Origin: Lama glama
Lineage: Eukaryota
Assembly: GCA_028534125.1 (NCBI GenBank)
Contig: CM052817.1
Coordinates: forward strand, 78,618,001 to 78,682,000
Direction: 5' to 3'
DNA length: 64,000 bases
Shown: positions 39,300 through 52,560 of the stretch, piece by piece
Layout: each line of letters opens with the position of its first letter
Numbering within the stretch: position 1 is the stretch's first letter
Made by a program: the position numbers and the translations under genes
The notes under the pieces: generated by a model
The model's database searches: none
Told to the model about the DNA's origin: nothing
The model's input: the letters and a program-made list of their open reading frames with translations, nothing else

Positions 39300-40050
39300 A
39301 TTTATTCAAGCTTCTAGTCTTCCCCCTTCCCCATTTCAAACCCTGTTGTCAGATTAGCCTATTATCAATCCCTTGTTCAGAATTCTTAATGGCTCTCCTT
39401 GTACAGAGTTGTGATTCTCACAGAAGGACATATGGGCCTCTTATAATGGAAAGTTTTTCACAGACCAAGAACCCTGAGAGTATGTCTCCACATCCACAGG
39501 TTATGGGAACCCTAGTTTGAACAACACCGACTTAAGAAACTGAGGGTTATTATTTGTTTAAATGATCTTTCACTTTAAAGTTTTGTCTTTATGGACAGAG
39601 AAACATTGGCTTATAGAATAAGTTCTCTGCTATCTAGTCTCTCACTCAAATGTGTTTTATATTACACGTCAGATGCAGAAACCAAACGGAACTGCTCATT
39701 GGTCCCAACACAAGTCCTCAGCTTACCTACACAACATTTTCGTACACATTCTAACTTCAGCTTCTTTCTCTTTTTCCAACTTCCCCCGTATTTTCTTTTT
39801 GCCAGAATTAGGTCAAACAAATTTTCTTCATGCATCTCTTTACTCTCACAGATAAGAATCTCACTGTCCTCTGATTTCTCAGAGCAATTTATCTGTGCCT
39901 TTTATAAAGCAAAACATTCAACATACATTATACTTAGGTCTGTGTGTGGCTTTTCACTTCTAAACTGCAAGCAGCTAGAGGAAAAGGACTGGACCTGATT
40001 CATCTTCTGCAAGCAGCTGGCACAATGTCTCACACAAAAAAGGTGCCAAA
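39300..40050 (+). mobile_element. degraded L2 (fragmented)
   Basis: TCCCTTGTTCAGAATTCTTAATGGCTCTC and CTAAACTGCAAGCAGCTAGAGGAAAAGGACTGG..CTGGCACAATGTCT. Confidence 0.5.
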
Positions 40051-42049
40051 TAAGCAGTCAGAGAAATAACGGTGGGGGTCAGTGAATATGCTGAAGCTTG
40101 AGAAAAAGCCATAAAAGGTTGATAGAATGTAGAAAATGACTGAAGAAGGGATTTTTTGGTAAAAGATTGAGCAAATTTCTTACCCTGTACCTGAGCTAAG
40201 GATTTAATAACTCAGGAGAGAAGATAAAACTACTCTTTACTAATGAAATAGAGTTGTTTCCTAAGAGAAAATGTGTGCTATTCAAGAGAAATTATCTTAA
40301 GATCCAAACTTGTCAAGGGAAATATATCAAATATTTAAAAAAAAATCTAACTTCCATAACCTACCATGATCCTTGCCCTTTGAATAGCAACAAAAGAAAA
40401 TGTGTTCAAATAGTTCACACTGTTATCCACCATTTTTTCCTTATTTTCATGGTTGTATCCTGATAGGTTCTCATCTCCCTTGAATAGACTCATCACTTTT
40501 GTCTGAAAGAAGTGCTCTAACTCGAATATTAATATTAGAGTCATACATCCTCTAAATGAAATGTCATCATTACCTTTCAGAATCTTCTACCTGATTGGTG
40601 AACATTACCAGTTTCTCTTCATGTTCCTCGTTTTTATTTGAGAGTCGTCCACATGGAATCTAAAAGAAAAAAAAATATAAAGGACATGAGGTTTGGCTGT
40701 ATGTCAAGTGAAGATAACTATGTCAGTCACTGGAGGAGAAACCACTTGTTAAATGCATTTTTCCTCAAAGCCATGTTTTTCTCTCATGTCTTGTTTTCAA
40801 CACTGCCAGGTATAAGAAGACAGACTGTGACCTTGCCTTCTGCCTAGTTTAAATCAGATGTAAAATACTGGGTGTAAACATAAGGACCCAGTCTCTCAGT
40901 TCAAGAAGAGTCTCATGACAGGGAGAAATTGTCCAGGAGCAAGTAAAGAAAGCTGGACATTCCAACGCACAAGTCATAAACTTCCACGTTGTCAGACTGA
41001 CATGTTTGTGGTTCAATTAGCCACAGTCCAGAAACGAGTTTCCCAGGAGTGCCTAACGACCAGCGACACCAAGAGCTTTCTTCTCAGAACAACATTCACT
41101 CCAGCTTTTTTCTCCAGTAGAATTTAGTGATTGTTTCTGATTTTCAGGATAACAAGGGAACTGGTAATGTGATCATTAAAAGAGAAGGAGGGAATTTTTT
41201 AAAAATGTGTGTAAGACACAGATTGTTTTTTCCATTTCCCACTCTTTTTCTATTTAATATTAATTGCAATGTAAGCACCAAACTGTGGCTAAACATTACA
41301 CAGACATCACAGTCCCTCCTGGGGATTATAGTAGATTCTTCAGATTGAAGCATTTGAAGACTTGTGTATGTTTTAAAAGCCAATTTCTGCAGGCACTTAA
41401 CACATTTTAAATGCATCTGGAAACCACTAATTGCTGTGATCCCATTAGAAAAGTTAGGCAGTTCAGGTCTGTGGGAAACATGAACTCAGCTTGTCTGTGT
41501 TTTATGAGTTTCTATTTAATTGCAACAACAACCCCAAAAGAGTCTGTTTGTCAAAATGCTCCAAGAAGGATTTGTTTCAACTATTGGCAAGCTGTCTGTA
41601 CAGTGTGGGAGGGTGGCTTTTTAATTTTGTTTTGTTTTCAGTTTGTGACAGCTGTTTAAAAGTCATTCATTGCCACCATGGTAGCCAGTTACTAGATGAA
41701 AGCAAATGCCTTTCAGGACTGCGGTAGGAATTAGACCACCAACTAGTACAGCTAACTTTTAACTACACAAAATTGCAAGATTGCCCGGTTTCTTCATGTG
41801 ACACTCTGGAAATATTATACAGTTCTGCAAACACATTGAAAGGCACGCAAGTGAGGTGCTACCTGACAAAGAGTGGCTTGCAATAAGTGCCCACACTGTA
41901 ATTCCTGGAAGATGAGGTTTTTAAATTTTAATTAATAAAATAAAACTACAGGAAGGTTTAAAACATGTCTTTAATGGTTTCATTATTCCTAAAATAGTTT
42001 TTTAAAAAATGCTAGTTTCCCTGTGGAACTGAGATGACACATGGGGTCC

Positions 42050-42220
42050 TGGAATATCAGAAAAATCACAGAAATTGAAACTTTGGATAATATTCTGAGA
42101 ATTATGACACCATTTTTTTTACAAGAGAGGAAACAGAAGCCCAAAGAGGGCAAGTGGTTTGGCTAATTAATGGCTGATCTAGCATTAGATATCAAGTCAC
42201 TAGACTCCTAGTCTATGATT
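42050..42220 (-). mobile_element. MIR (MIR3-like)
   Basis: CATTTTTTTTACAAGAGAGGAAACAGAAGCCCAAAGAGGGCAAGTG. Confidence 0.6.
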
Positions 42221-43594
42221 TTTTTTATTGTTGTTTTATAACTAAACACTTTACAGATGAAATTTCAAGTCTGGAATAAGGTGAGATCTAATTTTAGTAC
42301 TAGAATATTTAAAAAGTAATATATGAAATGTTTACATTATAGATAAAACCTCATAAAATATATTTCTTAGGTCATGATACTGTATTATTTGAACTCTGGT
42401 GGCGAATAACCCCCAAAACAGCATGTGGAGAGGGAAATGTCCAGACTTAAAATTTTATAGTTTAAAATTCACAGATAATATCTCCAAGGCACTAGAAAGA
42501 GATCAGATAGTTATTATCTCAAAGGTATAGTTTACCAAAACTTGTGTTTCCTTTCTGAAAAGCCTTTTCATTGGCTGGAATTTTAAACTTGCTATTCTTC
42601 TATCCAGGAAGACAAAATGTCAACTAGTGGTCATCAGAAAAGTCAACATCCCAGGAATAATTATAATTCCCAATACTTTATCCATTTTCACTGATAGGGA
42701 TTTTTTCTAATGGAACAGAAACAAGTCAGAATCAGAAACAGACAACAACTAAAGGGCTTCTCTTTCAAGTGGAAGCAAATAAAATCAAGCCAACCCTAGA
42801 GATGCAGGGCCTTTCTCAATATCAGTGCCTCACTTTTTTTTTTCAGTTGTGGAGAAAATGAACAATTTCAGAAGTCTCATAAGACTTAGCAAACATTTGG
42901 GTGCCTCTCTGAAGACAAGGAATTCTACTGAGATTCTCTTTCCTATAATTTTTCACCGAGCAAAAGCACAAAACCAGTCTGGAAAGGGAGGGAATAGACT
43001 TCCTGAATTTTTTTGGCAGGTGTGGAGACATAAGAACAGGCAGGAGCCAGGCACCTGCTACAACAAATCAAGAGACTCCGTAGTCAGAACTCCCAATTCT
43101 AAGCAGCACACTGCAGTTTGATAGAGGTTCGTTTGTTTCTTATAAAATGTGTAATTCAAATATTTTTACCTTGCTAAACATTTAAAATATTTGAAACAGA
43201 TCCAAGAATGGGACAATCATGTCCGAGATAGAACATGGTGAACTTTCATTAAAGCAAATTGTTTCTGAATATCAAATAGTAGAAAGATAAAGAAAAGATT
43301 GGGTACCTGATCCCTCTTAACCTTTTGCTCATTCAAGGTGAGTTTCTCAGATAGGTCATCCTGACGTACTTACAGTATAAACTAGTCAAGTTTTAACTGC
43401 TGCTTATGGTGTCTGCCTGGTATACTCCTATTTCTGTTAGCTTTTAGGTAGAAGTCGACAAATCTATTCTTTCTCTCATGTCTGTGACATTTGTCCTTTA
43501 CCCTGCAGGGTCATCTGAAAAGCTATTCTGCCAGATATGTTCACATATGTGGCCTATGAGACACAGAAACTTTGTACACTATCATCATTTGTAA

Positions 43595-44117
43595 TGTAAT
43601 AGAGAAGAACAAATCTGGGTCCATATTAGATCTTATTAGATCTGTTCCTTTGGCTCTAACCCTGTGCTCTGTTTCCTGGGCTTAGTCATGCTGCTTCCGC
43701 ACCTTTTGTAAAAGAATGCTGCCTACAGCCTGAAATATACAGGACAGCCCATTCTCAAGGCTCTGAGCTTTAAGGATATAACACTTTTCCAGTCATATAA
43801 AGTGTTGCAGAACATAGAATAACATTTGTCTTGTTGGAGGTTTCTGGGAACATCATGACCTGACCTGCAGGGAAAGGTGCAAGATCAAAGGATTTCAACA
43901 CCAAGAAGTTGGCAACAAATAACCACACCCTCTTCCCTTTTCAGTATAAAAGGAGTCTGAACTGTGACTTGGGTAAGATGGTTCTCCAGGACATTAGTCT
44001 GCCATCTTCACGATCTGCCAGCTTTGCAAATAAAGTCATTATTCCTTGCCCCAACACCTTGTCTCCCGGTGTACTGGCCTGTTGTAAGGCGAGCAGAACG
44101 AGTTTGGACTCATAACA
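43595..44117 (+). mobile_element. well-preserved ERV1-class solo LTR
   Basis: TGTAA...TAACA termini, TATAAAA at 43945, AATAAA at 44029, near-TSD GTAA/ATAA; 523 bp. Confidence 0.85.
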
Positions 44118-44329
44118 ATAAGAGGTGTGACCATAATGTGACTGCTCTCTGCCAACAAAGCTACTATGAATTAAATACTGAGATCCTTCTTCTGAAATTA
44201 CTTCTAGAATCTATGGCACCTTCTTTCAAAAATTTTTGGAAAAGGACTAAATTATCAAGTTAAAGTTTGGTAAATAAGGTAGAGAGAGAAAAAGCTAAGT
44301 AATATCAGTGGTTTAAAGACATAGGGTGA

Positions 44330-44409
44330 GACTGAAAAATTGTGCTGAACACTGGTATTTGACACTACATTGTAAAATGATTATAAATCAATAAAAAATG
44401 TTAAAAAAA
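44330..44409 (+). mobile_element. 80-bp young L1 3' terminus with perfect TSD
   Basis: GACTGAAAAATTGTGCTGAACACTGG..TTGACAC..CATTGTAAAATGATTATAAATCAATAAAAAA; TAAAGACATAGGGTGA at 44314-44329 and 44410-44425; TT/AAAG endonuclease-type site. Confidence 0.85.
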
Positions 44410-44523
44410 TAAAGACATAGGGTGAAAAATAATAGAGCTTCCTTCCCTCGTTCGTAAACTTTTAAAACAAAAGTTTTAAACAAACAAACAAGGAAACTTT
44501 TAAACAAAAGTCTTCGTATGTAC

Positions 44524-44770
44524 AGAAGCAGAGTAGTACAGTGATTAAGAGCAGGCTGGGAAGCGAGCCTGCCGGAGTACAGTCCTGACTCCTCTCGTGA
44601 CTCTTCGACTGGGAGATGATAACCTTCTTGTGCCTCTGTTTCCTCTTCTGTAAGATGGGGATATTAACAGTACCTGCCTCATTAGGGCTGTAATGAGGTT
44701 GAAATATGTTGATACATGTAAAATGTATACAGTAGTGCCTGGCATGTAGTTAGTAGTCTGTAATTGTTAA
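44524..44770 (+). mobile_element. near full-length MIR
   Basis: CAGTGATTAAGAGCAGG..TGTGCCTCTGTTTCCTCTTCTGTAAGATGGGGATATTAACAGTACCTGCCTCATTAGGGCTG..AGTGCCTGGCATGTAGT. Confidence 0.9.
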
Positions 44771-47700
44771 TGAGTGTCATTGTGCTAGCATCCAGGAGGG
44801 AGGAGGTAAATAATTGTGGTCCCTTCACCATTTTGACTCATGGTGGGGCAGCTCATGTTGGGAGAGCTTAGTGTGTGGGGGTTGGCCTTGATGATAACTT
44901 TTAAGATTCCTTGTGACTATAAAATTCTCTGATTCTAGGATTCCAAGTAAAGAATTTGGTGCTTGCTTTCAAAGAGTTCATCATCTTTTTGAGAAAATAG
45001 GATGCTAAGCCTTAGCAGCCCAAATCCAGGTGTTTCTTATTTTCATATCCCCAGGATCCCACATGGTGTGCATCTCACAGTGAGGACCAAATATTTTAAC
45101 AGAATTAAGAAGGCTACCTAACTGTATAAAATAAAAGATGTTAAAATGAAAAAAAAAACGATATTGACAATTAAGAGTTTGAGGATAACAGGACTTATAA
45201 TGACCAATAGCAGTTGCTCAGACATTTTTAGTGGATTATTTACAGGCTTTTATTTTTGTCTTTCATGTAAGTCCTTTTAAGGGAGCTAAAAATTTTACTT
45301 GAAGTTGTTTTATACTTTTGCTTTCCTGGAGGAAGACTAGTATAAACCACATATAATTTCTGGGAACCAAAAGATTTACAATTAAAGCCCACAGGAGTTA
45401 GAGTACCTAGCTGGCTGACAGCATCCTCTCAGCTAAAAGCAAACAAATTTCTTTGTTTCCATCACTAAGTAACTTCCTCCTCTTCCTCTTCCCGTCAGTT
45501 CTTCCTCTTTTTAAGGAGTTTCTTACTTCTTAAGAAGCAGCTGTTGCTTTCTGTTTAACTTAACCAAAGGATGTCCTGGATTCTTGGATGGATTTCAGTA
45601 CATCAGTGAAGATCATAAGCTGTTTGATTGTTTAAGCAGACGTTTACACAATCCACAGTTCCAAAATAACCCAACTTTAGAGGATAAACTGACTTTTGGA
45701 AGTAAACCAAGTTTTATGAGCTTTTTGCCATTTGTGCTGTCAGCTTTTAATACACTTGGGTTTCTGAAGTCAGGTTCAAGGGTGAAGGTGTGAGTATCAC
45801 AAGTCATAGTCAACTATGCAAAAATCAGTTTTACAGACCTTGAAAACAGCGCTTTAGAAATTGCCGAAGAATTCTTCTACTGTTGTATAAGTTTGTTATG
45901 CTGATCAGGTCTATGCTACAGCACTAGAATGTATCAAAATAAATGTGCAATCAAAGGCATGAGAGCTTTACTTAAAAGAGAAATAACCTGAGGCTGATGA
46001 GTGATTTTTATCTATGTAAAATGCTCTGCCCTCTAAGGCATACAATTCAGAACACATAATACTTACCCAGAAAATCTGTTTCATTCCAGAGCGCACCTTT
46101 ATTAAATTCAACATCAAACATTAACCAGGTTCAGTACATGTAGGATGAAATGCCCTAGCTAAGTACTAAACCATTGTGAAAATTATTACCCTTTTATCTA
46201 TATATGATAAATAATAAAGATGTCACAATATGCTGAAAAATTTACATACCTATGCACTGATACTTACATGTATGAAAGTACTTATATTGATTTTTTAAGA
46301 AGTGATATATTGGTATCTAATACATAAATACTTTCTTATTGATCACATGAGACCTATAATGAGTCAGTTGACTACAAAATTAGTTCAAACTGGGACTCAT
46401 GAAGAATAATTCATTAATTCCATATTAATTTATTGTAACTGAAAACACACAAGTGCTCATCAGTTGCTATGCCCTTTTTTCGCAGCAGAGACCTACTAAT
46501 GGCATTCCCCACAGACTTGGTGACCCACAACAGATCTCCTGTGAATTTTAGTTGTAGTTTCTTTACAAGGGAATTAGAATTGTGAGACATTTACAAAGCT
46601 ATCTGGAAACAGAATATTTTGAGATCTTTATGATATTTGTCCAGTCTTTTAAATTTGCCTCACCCACCTCCAATTTGAATGTGGTAACTCACCTTTGTGG
46701 GATGTTTCCCAGGTACTCAAATGGGCTTGCATAGAACAATTTTTTCATCTGTTTTTGGACTCAAGTATCATAAGCTTATGCAAATTTTATTTAAATTATG
46801 TAATTGCAAAAAAAAAAAAGGTCACATGTAGCCTGGTCACAAAGACTGACTTTTGGTTAAAGTACTGCTCAACTTTTGGAGGCAGAAATAAGTGAATGTT
46901 CTTAGCTGCGAGCATTCAGCGTGCCTTGAGTGCCAGTCTATGTACAGAGAGAATGAACACCATGGTTAATCCATGCTGAGCTGGTTAAGTGGAGGTTGGA
47001 AAAAAGAGCTGTGGTTTCAGTCAGAAGTGGGAAAAAGCCTGCAGGGTTAGGAAGCTAAGATAAATTGGTGACTTTAGGTGGTGGTAGGGCCTGTGCAGAA
47101 CAAGGAAATGATCTCCTGCCTGAAGGCTTTAAAATTCAATTTAAAAAAAAAAGTAAAATGAACAAACAAAAGACAATGCTCTTAAAAATGTAATTCTATT
47201 GACTTTCAGGAACCATCAAGTCTATTTTTCACAGCCTTTTGTAACTTCCAAAGTATGAGTTTATTTGTTGCCAATATGTAAATAATATTGCATTAATTTT
47301 GAGATCCTTGCAATTATTAGCAAGAAAGAAATATTTTATAAAGCACTAGATTAGAAGCCAGAAGTTTTATTTTATTTATCTATTTTTTTACTTTTTTTTT
47401 TTCTGATCCCAATTCCTAAATGAACTAGATGTAAAATTTTAAGCATTTTAATGATTTTCTCCAGGTTTTAGCCCTCTTCTGCAGAATCAAGGCCTGCCTG
47501 GATTGTGTCTAATGTCCTTTGAATTCTAAAATTCCATGGTGATCACTGCCACATATTTACTGTCAGCATTAGGGATGATGACCAGGATCGCTAACCCTTA
47601 TGATGGGCAGGAGTCATGGAAGCTATTGTCCTCCATGTTTGATTCTCCTCAAACTATAATTAGGCCACTTGTACAAAATTCAAGAATGAATTGGGGAGCT

Positions 47701-47839
47701 AAAGGGCCAAACAAACTTTTCTTTATGCTTAATGTTGTATTACATTGGCTAGTAAGAAATAACTTCAAGTATTTTATAGATTTTTTCCAATGCTGGCAAA
47801 CCATGGACAATACTTTGCCTTTTAACCTGGACAACTAGA

Positions 47840-48700
47840 GTGGCATCCTGGCTGGTCTGCCTCCTCCCACTGTTGGCTCCCTTCAAGTTGCTCTCCACAT
47901 TGTAGACGTAGTGTTCCTTTCACAACACATATTTGACTTTGCCATCTCTCCTCTCTCCACCCCCACAATATAAACACCTTCATGGTTTTACATTACAGGG
48001 CTCAAAGTCCTTATCACAGCTAAAGTGCTCTGCATGCCTCAAATCAGTCACTATTGGATATAGGAAGTGATGGTTCTTTGTCGTGTGACAAATCTTCCAA
48101 TATTGCAAGATGCTTAACATCACCAGATCCCAATAACCAAAAATGCTCCCCACCCTCAATGACCCAGAAGCAACTTTCAGCCTCTTTTCTTTTTGTTTTG
48201 CCTTTTTTGGGGGGAGGGGTGAAGTAATTAGGTTTTTTTATTTTTAGAAGAGGTACTGGGGATTGAACTCAGGACCTCATGCGTGTTAAGCTTGAGCTCT
48301 ACCACTGAACTCTACCCTCTCTCCAGCCTCTTTTCTTGCCACCCATCAGTCTTTTTGTAAGTTCCTTGAAGGTGCCATGCCCCTTTCCATTATAATCTTT
48401 GAAGCTGTTGTTCCTCCTCCTTAGATTGTTCTTTCCCTCAGTTAATCTTCCCTGACTTATGTTGTACAAATTCCTTTAACATACACTCTTGCAACTGCAT
48501 GCATCTCCCCTTTGTAGCATTTATCATAATTGTACCTTCGCTGTTTGGGTGTGTGAGTGAGTATTTGCTGAAGGTCATTTTTCAAGACTAGACTGTAACT
48601 TCTGTGATTTTTCCATCTGTTTTGCTCACAGCTAAATTCCAGTACCTGGTTCAGTGTCTGTAATAGGTTTAATGTGCCACAGATATTGAATGAATGAACT
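47840..48700 (+). mobile_element. L2 3' region (interrupted by a SINE)
   Basis: CCTGGCTGGTCTGCCT..CTCTCCACATTG, CTAGACTGTAACTTC, terminal ATATTGAATGAATGAA. Confidence 0.7.
48192..48323 (-). mobile_element. tRNA-derived SINE (camelid Vic-1-like, long-tail form) with TSD
   Basis: GAGGTACTGGGGATTGAACTCAGGACCTCATG..CTCTACCACTGAAC; perfect TSD CAGCCTCTTTTCTT at 48178-48191 and 48324-48337. Confidence 0.9.
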
Positions 48701-49974
48701 GAAGGATATTAATTATGCCAGTACATGGAACTGTTAACATTTTAATACAAAATCATGAATATGGTTTCCTAATAATACTTTAGTTTAGCCCAAATCACTC
48801 TTTAAACCAGTTTGTATGTTCAAGAAGTTTTATTCCCAGAGCTTCCTATCAAAGTCATTGATCTTCAAAAAGCTAAAAAAAAGAAAAAAAGAAAAAAGAA
48901 AAAGGAATTCACTTAGCCTAGAAACTGGGACTATAAAGTATATCAGGTGATTATAAAAAAAAAGAAAAAATCTAAATTGATAAGCACAAAGCTAAGATTC
49001 CATTAAAATATTTCAGATAATTTCTATGCTAAATTAGGCAAATGATCAAGGTTTTTTAAAACTATGATAATGCCATTTGAGGGGGAAAAAAAAGCATGTG
49101 TTTTAGGTTTTCATTCATTTATTTTCTCTAGTAAATAAGATTCCTGTATCTAAATTGGTACTTAAGGCTCTTTGATTGCAGTTGTGGATGAAATTGGAAG
49201 AGAGGAAAATTATACATCACTCTCATTTACAGTAATGGCTTGCGGGAAATTGAGAATAAGAAAGAGATTTTTGGCTACACATTGTTTGGCTAAACCAAAA
49301 GGAAGAAATACCTAACAGAAGACTAAAAGAAGAGCTTTTTTTTTTTTTTCCATTTCATATTTCTGAGAAAGGTGCCAAATCAGGGGACTTTTATCATCTA
49401 TTTCCTTCTGAGAAGCCTTTTCGTTTTATAGCAATAAAGTAAAATTCTTTGCCACCACAGATTCTCTATTGCTCAATCACTTCAGGGCACCTGCACTATT
49501 ACTATATGAAAAACTAACGTTTGGGTACTGAAATTGGAAAAGTTCCTGAATTAGGACTTCAAGAGGCCACGATTCTGTCCCCAGGGTTGTCACTAAACTG
49601 CCTGTCCTTGGGTAAGTTGTTTATCACCATCTCTCAGATTTGAAGTGATTGGAATTGCAATGTCTAAGAGCCTTTCCAACACTTAAGAATCCTAGAATTA
49701 TACATATTGCAGTATCACTTGTGACGCATGTGTATTAGAGGCTTACTGAAATATGAGCAATGGTCAGTTCTTACCCTGTAGAGAGGGTCTTGTTGTCTGT
49801 AGAATGGTCCTTCATTCTGCAAGACAAGCAAGTGCGCACTCTGGGTCTTTATCCAGCTCTATCTGAGGAATTATTCTCACACTGTGGACTTCTATTGAAG
49901 AACTTCAATGAGGCCCCCCATATTATAAATTCACCTTTCTTAACATGTATATTAGAAAGATGATTGGATTAAGA

Positions 49975-50175
49975 CTCAAAAGATGTAAATCCCAATCTTT
50001 CTTATACTCAACAACTCTTATACTCTTATACATAACAAGCTTTGTGACTTTGGCAAATTATTTAAACTCTTTGAGCCCAAACATACTCATCTATGAAGTA
50101 AAAATAATACTTCCTATCTTCAAAGGGAAGAACATGAAGATTAAACAAGAGATCGCATTTGAAAGCACTTCCAAT
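49975..50175 (+). mobile_element. MIR SINE
   Basis: GCTTTGTGACTTTGGCAAATTATTTAAACTCTTTGAGCC..CTCATCTATGAAGTAAAAATAATA. Confidence 0.7.
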
Positions 50176-50594
50176 TCACCTCCATTTCAAGATTTGCCTC
50201 CTTGTCTTGGTGAATAATAAGCTTTAAATAAATATTGTAGAATTTAAATACTGTTCAACATTTAAAACTCAATGGAAAGCCTGTAGAGAAAGTGATTTTA
50301 TTATGGGAGATGAATATTTTATGTATGCTATTATTTATGAATGTTGATTATTTTGTTGCTAATCATGAAAATGGGAGATTAAGGATGTGTTGTTTGTTTT
50401 GTGGGACTTGCTTCAAGTGAGTATATTCTGATCTGCACCAAATTTTTAGCAATAGAAACCATTTCAGAGATAATGTTACTATTATTATTATTATTATTAA
50501 AATCAAGCAATTGTAATAATTCTAAATATCCATGACTACATAGAAATTGCCTTGGAATTTTAACATCCAGGTGATTATCACTAGATTAACAAAC

Positions 50595-50634
50595 AGAGAG
50601 AGAGAGAGAGAAACAGAGAGAGAGTGAGAGAGAG
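50595..50634. repeat. interrupted (AG)n microsatellite
   Basis: Read directly. Confidence 0.9.
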
Positions 50635-52467
50635 TGCTACTATCTTAATATGACTCAAATGAAAATAAATGAAAGACTGTTTAATATAATAAAAATGAAT
50701 ACTCACTGAGCTCATTCCTGAGATTTTAATAAATGCCTTCTGCTGGTAATGAAAAGTTGAGATGAGACTTGACCTCTGTGATTTCAGATACAGAATCCAT
50801 CCTTCGGTTTTTACATGTGAAATTCAAGGCTCTTTCAGACTAATTCTGTAGTTTCTGCCTTAGTCTTATCTAAATGTTAATGTTTATTTTTTGATATTTT
50901 TTCTTGTTTTTAAATGAGCCACAGAACAATTTCTAATTAGAAATTCATCTTATTTTTTGATACATAGTTGGGTAAGATTAAATTTGTCTACATGAAACAT
51001 TTTAAAGTTGAGAATCTTCCTACTCAGTTTTTTCAATCATAAATCGAGCCTGATCAGTTTGATCCTGTTCCAATATGTTTCGTTCCTCTCTACAAAAAGA
51101 ATTCAAATGGGAAGCACATTTTCCTGTTGTTCAGGCTGAACAATTTTTTGCTTATTTTAATATCTACAGTTGTTTTGCCTTCTGTAGTTTAAAAAATGTA
51201 AGCCACCTTCCCAGGAGATTTTTGAACAGCTTCTCCTAGTAGAGGGTTTATGAAAAATGATAATATATTCTTTAAAATTGAAGGGAAAAAATGAATATGG
51301 CAACCTACTGAAGAATGTACTGATAGATCTTGTAAGCATGCAATTTGTTTTAGAGTCCTCTGGATGTAGCTTATTCTATTTACCAATATTTATTCACATC
51401 AAAAGGAAATATTCCACCATCTTTGTCATTTAAGATGTAATTTAAAACTGTGAAAGGGGTAATTTACCTTTAAATGTATTTTATGAATTATACCACTTAA
51501 TGTATTTCTTCTTGTAGAATTTACAGTTGTCAGATTGGCAAAAGCATGGAATAATTAACTCTGGTTACTTACCACAATGATCTGTTAACTGTGTACTAAC
51601 CGTCCCACTGTGACTCTTTCTCTGTCATCCAAGGCTTTTTACTTTCTTAAATCAATCCAGGGATCCGCTTGCTGGGACTGTGCTTTGCAGCTACCAGAAT
51701 AATTTTCTCTCATATGTTGTTTCTATTTTAGAAACCCTGGGGATATTTATTCTTGGCAGTGTTTTCAAATAAAATAATTCTTTACTCATGCCCTGTGCAA
51801 TTTCAGTAGAAAGACATATATTATTTTTTTATGCCCTCCTCTTTCTTAAAGATTTGAGGACATACGTGTGTAAAATATGCTTCTTTTATTTTAAGTCCTT
51901 CTTCCTTTATGAAAACAATATTTGAAAGATCTAAACTGTCACAACTCCAAACAGATGGAGTAACAACTGCGACCAACAGGTTTTCCTCTGAGAGTTCTTC
52001 ATTATCTCATCTTCATGAGGAAGCAAAGTTTAGAAATTGATAGCTAAAGGGCTTAAAATTAAAACATTAAAGAGCAATTTTTAAAAGTTAACAGTCAAAA
52101 TGAGGCCTTAAGGTTTGTCCTTGGCAGGAAGTATTCAGTTGACAAAGAACTTAGTAAGCATCTTTATTCCCTCCACCAGTGGAAGAAGACAGTCAAGGAG
52201 TCAGGGACCTTGACTGATCAGGCGTATAGGATGGTTCCCTGTCTCTTCTGTTGTTCCACAAGTCCCTTTGACAGCTGTGTTTCTGATTCCTTTAACAGGA
52301 GGAATTGAGTATACTAAGTTTCCCATGTTTAAAAATCACTATTTCTTCCTCTTTCATTTGTGTCTCATTTGTCTCATTAAAATTGGGAAATTGTATAGTG
52401 GCTGCAAATTTCAATGGAAAAATTGTACTGGAAGCCAGTGATGTACTCATTAAAATGCATGCTTAGT

Positions 52468-52560
52468 AGAGAGAGAGAGAGAAGCTAGCTGAGAGTGAGT
52501 CAGAGAGAGGGAGAGAGAGAGAGAGAGACAGAAAGACAGGAAAGAGACAGAGACAGAGTG
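52468..52560. repeat. compound (AG)n / GA-rich microsatellite
   Basis: Read directly. Confidence 0.9.

Noticed and set aside
44457..44512. Imperfect direct repeat AAACTTTTWAAACAAAAGT
   Set aside because: Low-complexity A/T slippage; not informative.
45570..45793. Plus-strand exon in ORF 45584-45793
   Set aside because: AAG acceptor is weak and no homology is recognised.
46693..46748. Minus-strand mini-ORF MKKLFYASPFEYLGNIPQ ending at AAG|GTGAGT
   Set aside because: Good donor, but weak Kozak context, no promoter features and an unrecognised peptide; such sites are expected by chance.
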